From NCBI GenBank assembly GCA_025201805.1, contig MU619239.1, positions 72,406 through 136,405 of the forward strand: a stretch of 64,000 bases of DNA, written 5' to 3'. The position numbers and the translations under genes were made by a program. This stretch comes from Parasitella parasitica NRRL 2501 (taxonomy: Eukaryota > Fungi > Mucoromycota). Of the stretch, positions 14,001 through 27,463 are shown in pieces (the stretch's first letter is position 1; every line of letters begins with the position of its first letter). The notes beneath the pieces were generated by a model. That model worked only from the letters and a program-made list of their open reading frames with translations, searched no databases and was not told the DNA's origin.

Positions 14001-14294
14001 CAGACCATTTCATTGCTATTATCACATACCAATCTGGAAAAAATGATCCAGCTTGTGTGTAGCTAGCAGAATCAAGCAAGTCTTTCTTGTATACCTGCTG
14101 TACTAATGATTTAGGCACAAAGTTTTCCAAAGATCGAAAGGTAACTTCATTATGAACAGCACTAGAAGTAAAATAAGGTCATCAGTAACATAAATAACAT
14201 CGTTCCGCAACTTGAGATGGACATATTACATTCCACAAGCAGTTATCTTTAATATGAACAAAAAAAGCACAAAACATCGTCTAAGAAAGTACAT
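11061..14294 (-). CDS. GPLD1: GPI-specific phospholipase D (GPLD1-like; Zn-dependent phospholipase domain plus FG-GAP repeats), multi-exon
   Basis: Signal peptide ending ITA-CG, then HNEV, AGSFFPDWGYQC, EDAHW and SHGMADVKWH. FG-GAP repeats RFGWSMAVLDLNKDGIDDLAIAAP and DVDQDGFKDLVIG. Reading frame traced through exons to TAA at 11061. Confidence 0.85.
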
Positions 14295-16846
14295 GAAAGC
14301 AAATAGAGATGCTGTGTAAAAAGTAGAGTAGAGAAAAAAAAATAAAAAGTCTGTAAACTTTGATTTTAACTGGATACATCTCGTTTTCTTGACGTTTAGC
14401 CATGTATAGAAAAGATCAAACTGTCGACCAATTGATTTATTGATTAAATATTGCCTCCTTTTGATTTTTGTTGTTTGTCATGGTGTAAAGTTTTCTATTT
14501 TTTTATCAGATTTTGATTGATCTGACAAGGATTATTGTACTTCAAGTCAGAGCTAATACTCATCTTTTTAAGGTAGACTAGAGTGTGCATCTTCACCCAG
14601 AGAAGCATGATTGGTAATTGAAAAAAAACATTTTTTTTATTTAGATTATTCTAATACCCTATCGTATCAAGAATTATTTCGAAGTCTACCCGTTTCCATG
14701 CCTATTACATGCCGGCAAAAATTGGATCGAATAATATCAATTTCGACTGTTCGGTTTTACTGCCTGTATCAAGACTTTTATTTAATTGTTGCAGTAAATT
14801 AAAAGTGCAACTATTCATATTTTGAATTCTCAATTGTAGTTGATGAGCAAAAGTACCATCACTTACTAGACTTGGCTTCTATACTCTATATTTGCAGCTT
14901 TTTCTTTACTAATAAATATATAAATGCCCTTGAAGTGACTATTTATTGCAATAAAAATATTGCATATGACAAGAAACCTCCCCCCCCCACTTTGAAAAAA
15001 AAAATTATAAAGCGTTTACCTAGTGATTACCGCTCGAAGGAGTGTCAAGCTAAACATTGAATCTGTTTGCGCTCGCGTTCTTCGCTTCCCATTGATACAT
15101 TCGCTACTAAAAGTGTCTTCATAACCGTTACATTTTTCGAATGACAGCTAAAATAAGCAAAAATGCTCTGTCTTATGTTCTTTTCGAATCAGGATACGAT
15201 GCATCCGCATATAACAGCTCATATCAAGCCTACAATAACAGACCACTGGTAAATGTATGCATCAAACACTCAATATAACTTTTTTGCGAAGAAATGAATG
15301 AAAGAAGTAGGTAATACTGAGTAATCACCAGTTTTTTCTCGTTTTTTCAACCTTTTTTAGTCAAGTAAAGTGCTCAGAACTATTCTAGATAGTTCCTGGA
15401 ATTTGTAGATACTATTTGATGTAATTTTCCTAACTTTGATTTGAAAAGTGCAGTTTTTGCAATGGTATATATTAGTCGCAAATATTTTAGTTCAATATAA
15501 GATTGCATATACACTATCAAACGCGTAATCTAATAGTCTACAAGCTCACTTGTGTTTAAAGTGTATGCCATTTTGAAAGAAAAAAAAAGTAATCCCTGCC
15601 TTTTCATCATTTTGATAACAGCAGAATACAAAAGACGGTTGAGCTGAACGATATGAGTAAGAAACTGTAATAGAATAGGAATGCCAGAATGGTGAGTAAA
15701 GCTTTAAAAACAGTGCCAGCTGTCGAAAATAGTTAAATAAGCCTTATAGTGTCGGCTTCTTGTCATTTATGTAACAGAGAATTACTATTTTTTCATAACT
15801 CATCATGTGCTTTGAATTAAATCAACATCATTTAAAGCATAAACATGGAGTGCAAAGCTTGAAAGTTGATCGCTACCACGATTATTTTCTTAAATAGCTG
15901 ACGCGTAAATAATATGATACACGGTACACATTCTGCAATCATAACGATTACAACAATTTTGTATAGAAATAATAGTTTCAGCATCGAGCTGATCGTGAAA
16001 ACCTGATGCTAAATGACATGCACAAAAAGTATTTGATAGATGTGGATACATGTATCAAGGAGTACTCTGATTATGATAAGTTGAAGGTTATCGATAGTTT
16101 TCCACTGACGAGAGAAGACTGCCCCAACAAATCAAACAGTTATCATTTTAGCATATGAAGGCAATTTTATCCATCCAGTCTTATTCAACCACGACAAAAT
16201 GCAAATTCTTGTGCTAGGTACCCGTTCCCACCTTGCTCTTTTAATCCTTCTTCTACTTTTAAGGTTTGTTTGTCCGCCTTTACTCTGCTGGTAGAGCATC
16301 GAATTTTATGCTAAATGTATACTATAGAAACGTTTTTATATGCTCAGGTCTCTCGTGTCTTTCATATCGTTTATAAAAAAAATTGATTTAAATTAGTAGC
16401 CATGAATATGCAGTGTATCATGTGCAATTTGGTCTTGTCTTTTCGAGATCAAACAAAAATACATCATATAGAAAGAAAGGTTTCTTTAGCGGCTACTTAA
16501 TACAAAACCAATCGGTCCACAATGGCTTGTTAATGTCATATAGTATATTTATGCGCCTGAAAAAGCTATTTCTTGCTAAACACAGACAAACAACCCACAT
16601 ACGTTCCAAATCATGTAAACAAAACCAAAATGTTTATGTACTACAGCATCAAATAGATGGACCTGCAATAATTTAGATGCAATAACTAGCCAATGGAGCG
16701 GAGCCGAGGACAGCCTTTTCTTTCAGATCTCCCTTGGTGATTGGAAGAAGTACAAGAAAAATTTTCAAGCCAAAAAAATCGAATAAAAAGGCAATTAAAG
16801 CGCAAGTAACATTGCTTCCACCCTCTTTTCTACATACTCCCTAATC

Positions 16847-18401
16847 ATGTCTACTAACTACAAGGTCGCTGACATCTCTCTCGGTAAGACTTTAACGAGC
16901 TTTATTGTTTATCTTGTTATTAACCATGCTCATTTATAGCCGCTTTCGGTTTTAAGGTAACTGGAAACTTCCAAGTTTCGACTGATATAGAAACAGGATG
17001 ATTAACCCAATTTATTATTTTGATTTAATCAGGAAATCGAGATTGCGTAAGTTTATAATTTAAAGGCATTCGGTTCAAACTTTTTACTGACTTATATATG
17101 GTATATAGCGAGAATGAAATGCCCGGCTTGATGGAGATTGTCAAGCAATATGGTCCTTCTCAACCTCTCAAAGGCGCCAGAATTGCTGGTTGTTTGCACA
17201 TGACCATTCAAACTGCTATCCTTATCCGTACCTTGATTGCTCTCGGTGCTCAGGTTACCTGGTCTTCTTGTAACATTTTCTCTACTCAAGACCACGCCGC
17301 TGCAGCCATTGCTGCTTCCGGTGTTCCCGTCTATGCTTGGAAGGGTGAGACTGACGAGGGTAAGTAAACCAAAAGCTGCATGTTCGTATTTACGGCAAAT
17401 ACTCATCACATATTTTCAAATCAGAATTCATCTGGTGTATTGAGCAAACCCTCAAGTTCCCTGATGGTCAGCCCCTCAACATGATTTTGGATGACGGAGG
17501 TGATTTGACCAATATTGTCCATGAAAAGTATCCTGAATTGCTCCCTGGTATTAAGGGTCTCTCTGAAGAAACCACAACTGGTGTTCATAACTTATACAAG
17601 ATGTTCAAGAACGGCGAACTCAAACTCCCTGCTATCAACGTCAACGATTCTGTCACCAAGTCCAAGTTTGATAACCTTTATGGTTGTCGTGAATCCCTCG
17701 TCGATGGTATCAAACGTGCTACTGATGTCATGATTGCCGGTAAGGTTTCCGTTGTTGCTGGTTACGGTGATGTCGGCAAGGGTTGTGCTGCTGCTCTCCG
17801 TGCTTTCGGTTCTCGTGTTATAGTTACCGAAGTTGATCCTATTAACGCTCTCCAAGCCTCTATGGAAGGTTATGAAGTTACCACCATGGAAAAAGCTGTT
17901 CCTGAAGCTCACATTTTCGTTACCACAACTGGCTGTCGTGATATTATCGTTGGCCGCCATTTTGAGAACATGAAAGACGATGCTATTGTCTGTAACATTG
18001 GTCACTTTGACATCGAAATTGATGTTGCATGGTTGAAGGCTAACGCTGCTTCCGTCTCTAACATTAAGCCTCAAGTTGATCGTTTCACCATGAAGAATGG
18101 TAACCATATCATTCTTCTCGCTGAAGGTCGTCTCGTCAATTTGGGATGTGCTACTGGCCATCCTTCTTTCGTCATGTCCAACTCCTTCTGTAATCAAGTT
18201 TTGGCTCAAATCGCTTTATGGACAAAGCCTGAGGAGTGGAGTGTCGGTGTCCATGTTCTCCCCAAGAATCTGGATGAAGACGTTGCTCGCTTCCATTTGC
18301 GTAAGCTTGACGTTGAGCTCACTAAGCTCACTGACGTTCAATCCGAGTACCTTGGTATTTCTGTTGAGGGTCCTTACAAGCCCACTCATTACCGTTACTA
18401 G
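16847..18401 (+). CDS. SAH1: S-adenosyl-L-homocysteine hydrolase
   Basis: [55 protein letters not shown]-terminal HYRY. Includes micro-exons of 17 and 14 nt. Confidence 0.98.
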
Positions 18402-18635
18402 GTGGCCTAACTTTTTGCATTTCTTTTTGTATATCATTAATATATGATGCTTTTTCAATCTTTTATAAATATAAATGATAAAGCATCCACTTTTATTGTA
18501 AAAAATGAACGTTTCAACATGTTCTTGTGAAGATATATAATGCTGGTAGTGCACATAAATTCATAAATAAACTGGCATTCAACATGTGTATAAACAAACT
18601 TTGAAATCACTATAAATATTTCGTAAAGATGTCTA

Positions 18636-19394
18636 TCATTTCTCGCCGAAAAGTCTTCTCCAGAGTGAGTTCTTCTCCTCTCTTGTTTCTTGTACACGGC
18701 CATCAGCATAACGTATTTGCTTTATAGTCTTGGTGATACCGTTTGATTTCTTCGTGATAATTGTTTCCTCAGTTCCGTCTGGCTGATAGACTGTTTTTGT
18801 TGATGTTGATGTAAATGAAGACCAACCATCGTTATTCTGACAAAATAGAGTTAAAAATAGCCATGCAATTAGTCTTACTCAAAAATTCAATACCGTATCA
18901 TGATGCTGTTTGCTACTGGAATTGCTGTCTGGTTCTAAATGTCTTTGAAATATCTCGGCGGGCGATTGTTGAAATAAGAGATTGAAAATCATTCCTGCAG
19001 GTGAAACGGTGGTTGTTGGCGCTGGAACTGCCAAATTTACAATATCTGTTGCTGGAATTTCGTCATCTGTCGCAGCAATGCCTCTATTTTCTTTGGATTT
19101 CTTGGCTAATATCTTGAAATCGTTGCCTCCATAGCCATCTTCCTCGACAACTGCAGATGCAGGCACTCTACTAGTCACATTTCTGCCATCAAACACAGTG
19201 GTAATCGAATGTGCATCATTCCCTACCCCGGGAGATCCGTTATTCCCTGCATTCTCAAAAATGCTCGGGTCAATCAGCTGTCTAAACATGGACGAGAGAG
19301 CACCTTGCATTATAGAGTTCATGGCATTCTCAATTACTTCTAAATCGGAATCAAATTGGCCATTGTTATTGTTGTTTGGAGGCTGCTTTGACAT
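18636..19394 (-). CDS. Hypothetical protein with HAX1-like C-terminus, two exons
   Basis: Exon 1 is the ORF starting at 19394. Exon 2 encodes NNDGWSSFTSTSTKTVYQPDGTEETIITKKSNG...NSLWRRLFGEK*. Confidence 0.6.
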
Positions 19395-20033
19395 GATATT
19401 GTAAAGTTTTTAATTTGAATATTAAAAGAAATCAATTGAAATTTGCATTGTTGGGACCGCAATGCCTTGCCAAAAGGAAAAAAAAAAGAGAAAAAACAAA
19501 TTAGTCAATCAAAATTTGCAAAAAGGCTCGACACACACACACCCAATTTGCCATAATTTATAACCAGAAACAAGGACCTGAACAGGTTTAAAATGATAAA
19601 GAGTTAGACAGGATTTCAGTATTGAGTGTTACGATTTTATCTACCTGATAGCTATTGAATGATTTTGTTTGTTCAAAAATACTACTTTTTGACAGAGAAA
19701 TTCAAACTTACACCGATATTTTTGATGACCTCCCGGTTATCCTCTGCGTGTAGGCGTAGTATATCCCCTTACAGTATTTGATTGCTCAAGTATATCCATT
19801 ACTATTCAATACAGCTTTAAATCAAAATTTTAGTAGCTATTACTGTATAGTATACTACCACACTGTCATAAAATAGACAGTTCAGAATAAATTTTTTTAT
19901 TGCCCTGGTGGCATGATCAACGGTTCATCAAGGTAGTTGCCTCTCGGAAACAGTATCGGTTAAAACATAATAAAACTTTTCATCAAGTATAAAAGGAACA
20001 AAGTATTTGTTTATCGTTCATATTAACCTCACA

Positions 20034-21715
20034 ATGAAATCACAGATTATTTTATTGCTTTCTTCTTTGGTTGTTTCGGCATTAGGCACTATAATACCTT
20101 CTCAAGTCGATTTAGATCCCAAAATCATCCACATATCCTCAACAGCAGGCGGTATCAGCCATATCGCTTGGACACTGGAAATCGGAAAAGTACTTGCTGA
20201 ACGTGGCCACAATGTCACTTTTTTGACAATAGACCCGTTCGTCAGATTTGGCACTCCTTACGAGCCTCACATAAAAACAATATCCATTGGACCACATATA
20301 TCAAATGTTCAATTTCGTGATTTATTTGATACAGAAGACGCATTTTCAACCAAGGTGACCAGCGCATATAAACAGGTGATCGAGGATACATATAAACGAG
20401 ACTATTTTGCATACAAGGACATATTTTCGTCTTCTAATACATCAATTGTGATCTGCGACCAACTTTCTTTGCCTTGTTTTGATGCTGCCAAAGAACTGAA
20501 TATTCCAATGATTATTCATATGACCATGAGTTTATCGAGAGGTAGTGTACATATGTAAATAATTTGTATAAATCAGCTTTTAAAACAAACATTCGTTTAG
20601 ATGCAAGAGCACCTTTCATCACCTTTTATCATTTGACAGATGAACCGACAACATTACATCAATCCTTTTGCCAGAGGTTTTATGAACGTTATATCCTTTT
20701 GCCTAAATTTATTTACCGGTACTTTCCTGTGGCCATGGCAATCAAAAAGGCTCGCCAGGAAATTAATGTTGAAGGCTTCGATCCTTTGGCAAGGGACAGT
20801 AACGTCATAAAAATGGTCAACAGCTTCTGGGGATTGGAAAGTCCTCGCCCTGTAGGTCCACTAGTCGAATACGTGGGACCTGTTATCGGTACATCTTACG
20901 ATTCTCTCCCATCACATTTGACGAACTTTATGCAACAGCATCAGCGAGTAATTTATATCGCCTTTGGCCAAATGTACACACCCAATTATCAAGAGTTCAA
21001 TGTGCTTTTAACCAGTCTTTTAGAAACGTACGAGAATGGCTATTACGATGGATTCATCTGGTCGCTTTCGGAGAATTCCCGTCGAGGGTTACCCGAACAA
21101 ATCAAAACTAATTCTGGGAAAGTATACTTTATACAAGAGTTACTCCAAGGCAATTACGCCGATCTCCGTTTTGAGTTGTGGTCACCGCAATTTGCTATTC
21201 TCGATCACGATCATTGCAAGCTGTTTATCAGTCATGGAGGAGCAAGCTCGATCCACGAGTCCTTATATAATGGAGTTCCCTTGCTGCTTCATCCTTTCAC
21301 CAGCGATCAACCTGCTAATGCACACAACATTGCCAATGCAGGTGTAGCCTTAGTTTTAGACAGGAAAGCGCATAACGTGACAGACACGTTTGAAAAGTTA
21401 CGAGCAATACTGCTAGATAAAGATGATTATTTTGCTTCAAATATGGAAGGGATGCAAAAATTAGTACAACTCAAGAGCAAAAGAAAGCATTATGCTGCCG
21501 ATATCATCGAGGAGGTCATGTACACTGTTCGAAATCGAAGCGATATTTGGCATCGACGTGAGGCGATGGAGAAAATGTCTTGGTTCAAGGCAACAAACTG
21601 GGATATAGATTTAGCTGCTATAGTCGCTGCACTGGTAGTAGCCATCTCTGTTTACAAGGCAATATTGCGATTGTTGAGCAAAGCATTGGTATCACAAAAG
21701 TTGAAAATTGATTAA
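20034..21715 (+). CDS. UDP-glycosyltransferase (GT1, membrane-bound UGT type), one intron
   Basis: Signal peptide, GGISH..W, GHNVT. UGT signature WSPQFAILDH...FISHGGASSIHESLYNGVPLLLHPFTSDQPANA. C-terminal TM plus KLKID (KxKxx). Intron 20542-20600. Confidence 0.92.
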
Positions 21716-21783
21716 TAAAAACTGCAATTCAAAACTAGGAAAGAACTTTCTTTTTTGCCCTATTAAATATATCCGTAGTATCC

Positions 21784-22698
21784 ATGGATAATAATAGCAA
21801 AGAAACTGTATTCATTACTGGTGCTACTCTTGGCTTAGGCCGACTCACTGCAAAGAAACTTATCAATCTAGGCCATAAAGTTATCATATCAGGACGTTCT
21901 GAGAAGAAAATAAATGATGCCTATAGCTTTATTCTTGCAGATGCGCCTCAAAATAAGGAAAATCTGTACAGCGTGGTTTTAGATCTTATCGACCTCAAGT
22001 CTGTAAAGGCTGCAATAGAGAAGGTTGAATCTCTTGGGTTTGCTATTGACGTCTTGGTAAATAATGCAGGTGGTACTCGTACAGAGTTCAAACAAACAAA
22101 TGAAGGCATCGAGGATACTATTTTCATGAATGCAGTGGGTCCCTTATATTTGACTAAGCTTATGATTCCTTTGATTGAGCAGAGCCAGCATCCCAACAAG
22201 CGTATTTTGTTTGTGGGGTCTTCTATCCATGACCCTAATTCCAAAGGTGGGGGAAACAATCAAGCCACTAAAATCCCTCATGATGTCGACATCCAAACCG
22301 TTATCAAGGACAAAAATCACTGGGATTCAATGAAATATTACAAACTATCGAAATTAGCATCTTTATGGGACGCTTATCTTATCACAGACAGATACCCTCA
22401 TCTTACCACCATCGTATTTTGTCCTGGATTTGTACCTACCACTGATCTCATTCGAAACTCTAGCTATATGGTCAGACTTGCACTCAAGTATGCAATATCG
22501 AAGCTAAATTTCACAACCAGTGAAGACGATTCTACTGATGATTATATCTTTTACATCACTACACCTGGCACCAACCTCAAATCAGGGGGATACTACGAAA
22601 AGAAACAAGAATCCAAGCCCTCAGACGATGCATTGAACAAGGCAAAGCAGCAGGAATTCTGGAATCTTGCAATGAAATCCATTGACCAACAAACTTAA
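21784..22698 (+). CDS. Short-chain dehydrogenase/reductase (retinol-DH/WWOX-like), intronless
   Basis: TGATLGLG, DVLVNNAG, catalytic YKLSK, CPGFVPT. Confidence 0.9.
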   Translation: MDNNSKETVFITGATLGLGRLTAKKLINLGHKVIISGRSEKKINDAYSFILADAPQNKENLYSVVLDLIDLKSVKAAIEKVESLGFAIDVLVNNAGGTRTEFKQTNEGIEDTIFMNAVGPLYLTKLMIPLIEQSQHPNKRILFVGSSIHDPNSKGGGNNQATKIPHDVDIQTVIKDKNHWDSMKYYKLSKLASLWDAYLITDRYPHLTTIVFCPGFVPTTDLIRNSSYMVRLALKYAISKLNFTTSEDDSTDDYIFYITTPGTNLKSGGYYEKKQESKPSDDALNKAKQQEFWNLAMKSIDQQT

Positions 22699-22841
22699 TA
22701 TATTTCAATCCTTATTTATTTAACAATAAAATATGAGAAATACGGAAAAAATGTATCGTTGAAACCAAAATACAAGAAATTCTACCGGAGAGATTAGTAC
22801 AGCTATCTCTCAAAAAACCATCCAAATCATCAATAAACTTA

Positions 22842-23507
22842 CTACTTCTTCTTGGAGACACCAACGGTACGTCCACGACGACCAGTGGTCTTGGTGTGTT
22901 GACCACGAACACGGATACCCCAGTAGTGACGGAGACCACGATGGTTACGGATCTTCTTCAAACGCTCAAGATCATCACGGAACTTGGTATCAAGAACGTT
23001 AGAGATGACTTGGGAAGACTTGCCATCAACAATATCCTTTTGTCTGTTAAGGAACCAAGTAGGGATCTTGTATTGAGCAGGGTTTTGGAGAATAGTGACA
23101 ATACGTTCCAATTCCTCAGAAGAAAGCTCACCGGCTCTCTTGGTGAGATCGATATCGGCCTTCTTGCAAGCAATGTTAGCGAAACGACGACCAACACCCT
23201 TAACAGAGGTCAAAGCAATTTGAATCTTGACACGACCGTCAACGTTAGTGTTGAGAAGACGAATAATGTGTTGGAACTACATAAAAAATATTAGTCAGTC
23301 TTACTATCAAATTTTAGCTGTTTACTAGTAATCATACATGGTTTCTTTCGGGAACGACGAGAGACTATATTAATAGAATTTTAGTAAATCTGATTCATCC
23401 ACAAATATCCATATCAAATCATCCATCTATATCTGGTTTTCATTATCCATTATCCATTATCCATCATCCATTATCCCCTCTTTTCCCTTCGCCTCCCAAC
23501 ATACCAT
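22842..23507 (-). CDS. RPS18: 40S ribosomal protein S18 (uS13), three exons (first exon is ATG only)
   Basis: [66 protein letters not shown]. Confidence 0.98.
23441..23476. repeat. 7-bp tandem repeat (CATTATC/CATCATC) in RPS18 intron 1
   Basis: cattatc cattatc cattatc catcatc cattatc read directly from the sequence. Confidence 0.85.
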
Positions 23508-23747
23508 GGCTATGATGATTGCAACGAAAAAGAAGGACCTTTACCTATGCAAGTAACTAGACCTTATTGCACTGAATCACTCATGAAAAAACTGAGATTA
23601 AATCGTTTGTCTGTTTGAGTCGGTCCGCACTGGTTGTAAGCCGGAGAGATGTTTGTGGCAAGGAACCAGGGTTCAATGAGAGATGTATCTATTCTAGTGG
23701 CTTCGACCCCCCCTCTTTTCTTTTTGCTATTCTATCTACCCAAAAAC

Positions 23748-24182
23748 ATGCTTACAAAAGAGTTGGTGGCTCGCTTTTTAACAACTGCTCGTAACAGAGT
23801 CAATACAAATGTCTGGAAACGATACGCTTCTACTACCACTCCCACCACATCAATCATCAATACCATTCCTTTATTTGACAGGGCTCTTTTGCACAATTGT
23901 AAATACACAGAAAACTGCCTATTGGTATCTATTAACACGTCTATATTAGCCAAGAACACAATGTCTGTAGCAAGTGTATCTGATCATGTGTCTCGCATTC
24001 GCCCTTTCTCTATCCCTGCTCCTCCACAACCATCCATCACCCAGCCAACAAGTAGCAATAAAGTCGTCGAAGAGCTCGAATTAACCAGTGTGCTTCGAAA
24101 GCGTCGCTTGAAAATGAACAAGCATAAGCACAAGAAGTTAAGAAAGAGAACCCGTGCCTTGAGAAAGAAGTTGGGTAAATAG
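23748..24182 (+). CDS. COX24: Mitochondrial small-subunit protein mS38/Cox24 (DUF1713)
   Basis: Mitochondrial presequence-like N-terminus. C-terminal LTSVLRKRRLKMNKHKHKKLRKRTR. Probable in-frame intron at ~23899-23949. Confidence 0.85.
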   Translation: MLTKELVARFLTTARNRVNTNVWKRYASTTTPTTSIINTIPLFDRALLHNCKYTENCLLVSINTSILAKNTMSVASVSDHVSRIRPFSIPAPPQPSITQPTSSNKVVEELELTSVLRKRRLKMNKHKHKKLRKRTRALRKKLGK

Positions 24183-24304
24183 ACAATAATATATACAACA
24201 CTAGAAAAATGTACCATATTTTTACTTGCAAAAACATGCAATATGCTTCAAGAAAATTACTTTTTTTTTTATATATATATTATCATTATTATTGTTATTA
24301 AAAA

Positions 24305-26202
<1,898 letters not shown>

Positions 26203-27237
26203 TTATGTTTACTTTTTGAAGCAAATCAACGAGCATGATGGATCAGAAGCAGCCTATTTATAAGACTTTAGAAGCAGTGCAAGGGATAAGGAGAAACTTG
26301 TTATCTAGTCATGATTTTCCCTTTTCCTCTTTTCGTTTATCATCGGTCATGAAAAAAACATCATTTGTCAAAGAAATAACTCCTTGCTTTTTCGTTCGAG
26401 TACAATACACCATTTTCTGCAAAGTTGTGTTGTGAACAGAATACATGTTTTTAATGCATAATCTAATGCTGCCTTTAGCGGATTACATGTTGTATTATAA
26501 AACATTAAATGTTATTACAAACATCTGGCTTCTTCTTGTATCTGCTGCTCCTCCTCGTTGCGGATTTGCTCCTTGATTTTTCATGTACTTTTATTCATTG
26601 CCCCTCATTTTTTATCATATCTAATTGGTCTCTGGTGAGGATATGAGGGGCGCGTATTCATGTACAATGTAATTCATTAAAAAGGCATACATACATTTAT
26701 ACATATGATCCATGTCAGTTTGATGCACTCAAAAGACGGACTGTCGTCATAGAAACCACACCAAAGATACAATTTTGCTCTATACTCATCATAACTACAA
26801 TGATACCATCTGGCCGTGCGGTAATGGCCTACCAAATGTATGTAACCTCTCTCTCTCTCTTTCTCTCCTTTATTTTCTCTGTCCTTCTATCTGCAATGCA
26901 CAGTCATTGATCATTCTGTTACTTGGAGGAAGCATGATGACTGTTTCGTTTATAACATTGCGTTGTTCCAATGTCATTTATTGCCTTTTGGTGCATATAG
27001 AGTCATGAATATAAAGGAGCGCTGATCATTCGCCGTGAACTACTAACAGTTATCCTTTCGTTCAATTCCGTTCTGACCTACCTGTTGAGAAAGAAAAAGA
27101 AGGAAAAACGAAGATGTCAAAATAATACTGTCTGCAATATCTGATTTTATTGGATTCGTAAGTGTGCAATCCATACGATTATAAAAAAAAAGGTCTATAA
27201 AATCTGGATGGTTGATATCATGGTGTATATGTACAAT

Positions 27238-27463
27238 TTATTTCTTCATTTTTGTTTCTGTGAACAAGACATGTTGTTTGACTAGATGGTATGTTAGTTT
27301 TTTTCTTTCTATCAATGACAAGATTTATATTACCTTGAGGATCATATTTCATCAAAGAGAGCTTGGGCGAAATTCTAGGACGACTCTTGATATAATTGTA
27401 GCCTGTACCAGCTGAAGATAATAACTTGACGAGGATAACTCTTGCCTTTGCTTTCTTGGCCAT
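27238..27463 (-). CDS. MRPL39: Mitochondrial ribosomal protein bL33m, one intron
   Basis: MAKKAKARVILVKLLSSAGTGY...KLSLMKYDPQ-VKQHVLFTETKMKK*. MRPL39 is the yeast name for L33. Confidence 0.9.

Noticed and set aside
17592-18209. 205-aa antisense ORF within SAH1
   Set aside because: Shadow ORF caused by the strong codon bias of a highly expressed gene; no motifs.
16847-22698. SAH1-UGT-SDR as a secondary-metabolite or trisporoid gene cluster
   Set aside because: No backbone enzyme, methyltransferase or carotenoid oxygenase nearby, and SAH1 is a housekeeping gene. Only the UGT-SDR linkage was kept.
22896-23294. 132-aa ORF antisense to RPS18
   Set aside because: Codon-bias shadow of the ribosomal protein gene.
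23512-23575. C/D-box snoRNA-like pair (ATGATGA...CTGA) on the plus strand
   Set aside because: Overlaps the RPS18 5' UTR and promoter in antisense. No convincing terminal stem or rRNA guide was recognised.
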